Source of the DNA: Candidatus Undinarchaeota archaeon
GTDB lineage: Archaea > Undinarchaeota > Undinarchaeia > Undinarchaeales > UBA543
Reading direction: 5' to 3'
Length of the DNA: 36,881 bases
Assembly (NCBI GenBank): GCA_964567575.1
Contig: CAZMMZ010000004.1
Span: 27,931-64,811, forward strand
Shown one piece after another: positions 36,401 through 36,881 of the stretch. Each line of letters opens with the position of its first letter. Position 1 is the first letter of the stretch. The notes under the pieces are model-generated. The model made no database searches, was not told where the DNA came from, and saw nothing but the letters and a program-made list of their open reading frames with translations. Made by a program: the position numbers and the translations under genes.

Positions 36401-36881
36401 TAATAAATGGAGAGTATGAATTCTTCACATATGCAAATCAATCTGCAGACAGTACACTTGGTGGAGAAACAGTTCACATAAATTTAACAATACGTAGACC
36501 ACCAACAGTGACATTATTATCACCAGAAAGTGGAGATTCAGCAACAGGAGGTGCAGAACAAGCATTTTCCTGTAGTATAGAAAATTCAGATGTATCAACG
36601 AACTTGACATTCTACCTATGGGATTCTAGTGGAAACCTTGTAGACTCCGACCTACAACAATTAACTGGACCAGATGTTGGAGCAAGTTGGACACCTACTT
36701 TACCAACACCTGAGGAATCAACGGAAAATTATAATTGGAATTGTAAAGGATACGCTGGAACAAGTTACATCACACAATATGTTTGGTCAACTGTTGGAAA
36801 TTATACATTACTTGTTTCAGGACAGACATCAGAATCAGAAGAGGGCTCAGAATCATCAGCAGGAGGAGGATCCGTAGGAAC
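33430..36881 (+). CDS. Giant membrane-anchored surface protein/adhesin (partial, >1150 aa): basic N-terminal motif, TM, NosD/CASH-type beta-helix, FG-GAP propeller, Ig-like domains
   Basis: Hand translation: open from ATG 33430 to the window end. TM at about 33622-33681; repeated GIxx...IxNNxI; GNYYSNYSGKDIDGDYIGDT; six-seven (G/A)DxDNDGxxDxxxG repeats; very many N-x-S/T sequons. Missing from the ORF track, probably because it has no stop in the window. Confidence 0.88.
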   Translation, partial: MVYKRYKYYKGKKLGPYYYKSVRQPDGTVKAVYLGTKHPNKSKPILEKISSIKAPQLFSKIPVRYVVVLLLATVIVGGFLIFTGPVGPLATGFATLPSGPGGCANLTVLNETNISTSLTLCAGTYYMNDSLGDGALPENNGTLIIDADSIELDCNGAIIIGDGQGYGIFMENRTGVTIRNCVLQGYDRAINVYNTNNSQIVDNEIDGSVVAGSVNGIYVRTSTDLNISNNSVHDTIGDGITMIGLLGGMKPNSDNTFYNNSLYDSIGGDGLDLTVNENSTIYNNLIYSNGQDGIAATSGYNHSIYNNTIYENTQYGISVAESNITIFGNNISDNTDSGIYITNSNNTIYNNTLTSNDEGIYVINTNLIEIYNNTITGGSSESVFLSNADNCNVSNNTLLNGTYGVRMDVGSNNNNIISNNASGASAIGIEVQDTGNLIYNNYISENLANVFDGAAGNNWTKENTTGTNIIGGSIIAGNYYSNYSGKDIDGDYIGDTAYVVEGQGLTDAYPLWYPTPVITATLIYPPPTATLYNITQNLPFNYTLNVSCTNANCGNINVSLDPIGGGGSFALDFIELNWLETIATRFYTNNSVGTFTFDSNVFTDDSANAIGAGDMDNDGDLDIVIGRDNAVDWTYLNNGSGTFTLNATGTLAEQTTDIAFADLNDDGTLDYVSAGYGAMNRVFINNGKGTFVLTSNTTEANPTYEIALGDFDNDGDMDLLEGNNNDTDNPGQNKIYMNDGTGTFTLFWNSTEDDDTWAVGVADLDNDGDIDFIAGNYNRSTEPGNNRVYLNNGSGSFTTGWNSTEDDETNAIGLGDFNDDGFIDFVAGNWDGPSDSPSRVYLNNGDATFYPAWNSSETDAVTEVKVGDLNDDGYLDFLIGIASNVTRAYMNSGTGMEWNVTWNSSYKNKTKSIVLGDFTGDGDAIETNCSDGLDNDLDGWIDNQDPNCKALISTTEDAYPFWTNKSSNPFTVDLDKGESQNVTFWITPTGVINGEYEFFTYANQSADSTLGGETVHINLTIRRPPTVTLLSPESGDSATGGAEQAFSCSIENSDVSTNLTFYLWDSSGNLVDSDLQQLTGPDVGASWTPTLPTPEESTENYNWNCKGYAGTSYITQYVWSTVGNYTLLVSGQTSESEEGSESSAGGGSVG

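Overview
Archaeal chromosomal segment with about 33 CDS/CDS remnants and one intron-containing tRNA. It is most likely DPANN: archaeal EndA, AlaRS, uL1/uL10, TATA/BRE promoters with mostly leaderless genes, and many N-glycosylated surface proteins. This assignment is inference; no 16S is present. Core genes: pdxS, endA, split transketolase, minD, tRNA-Trp(CCA) with a 58-nt intron, leuS (bacterial-type body, archaeal-type C-terminus), alaS, corA, rpl1-rpl10. There are four large surface/S-layer proteins; the last (33430 to the window end, >1150 aa) is absent from the ORF track. Main non-annotated signals: (1) the tRNA-Trp promoter occurs in 3-4 copies (10560, 11981, 12111, 13591) that tightly bracket single accessory genes like cassettes, and one copy drags a 5' tRNA-Trp remnant that refolds into a new hairpin; (2) a 27-aa, 15 K/R peptide is coupled to rpl10 in the slot normally held by rpl12; (3) an orphan HerA-type ATPase is divergent, across a 22-bp palindrome, from a tandem-wHTH / DUF2779 dual-nuclease / AlkD-like set; (4) minD apparently starts at ATT; (5) the tRNA intron carries a K-turn C'/D' guide for C34. 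All family calls come from motif recognition by eye, not database searches.
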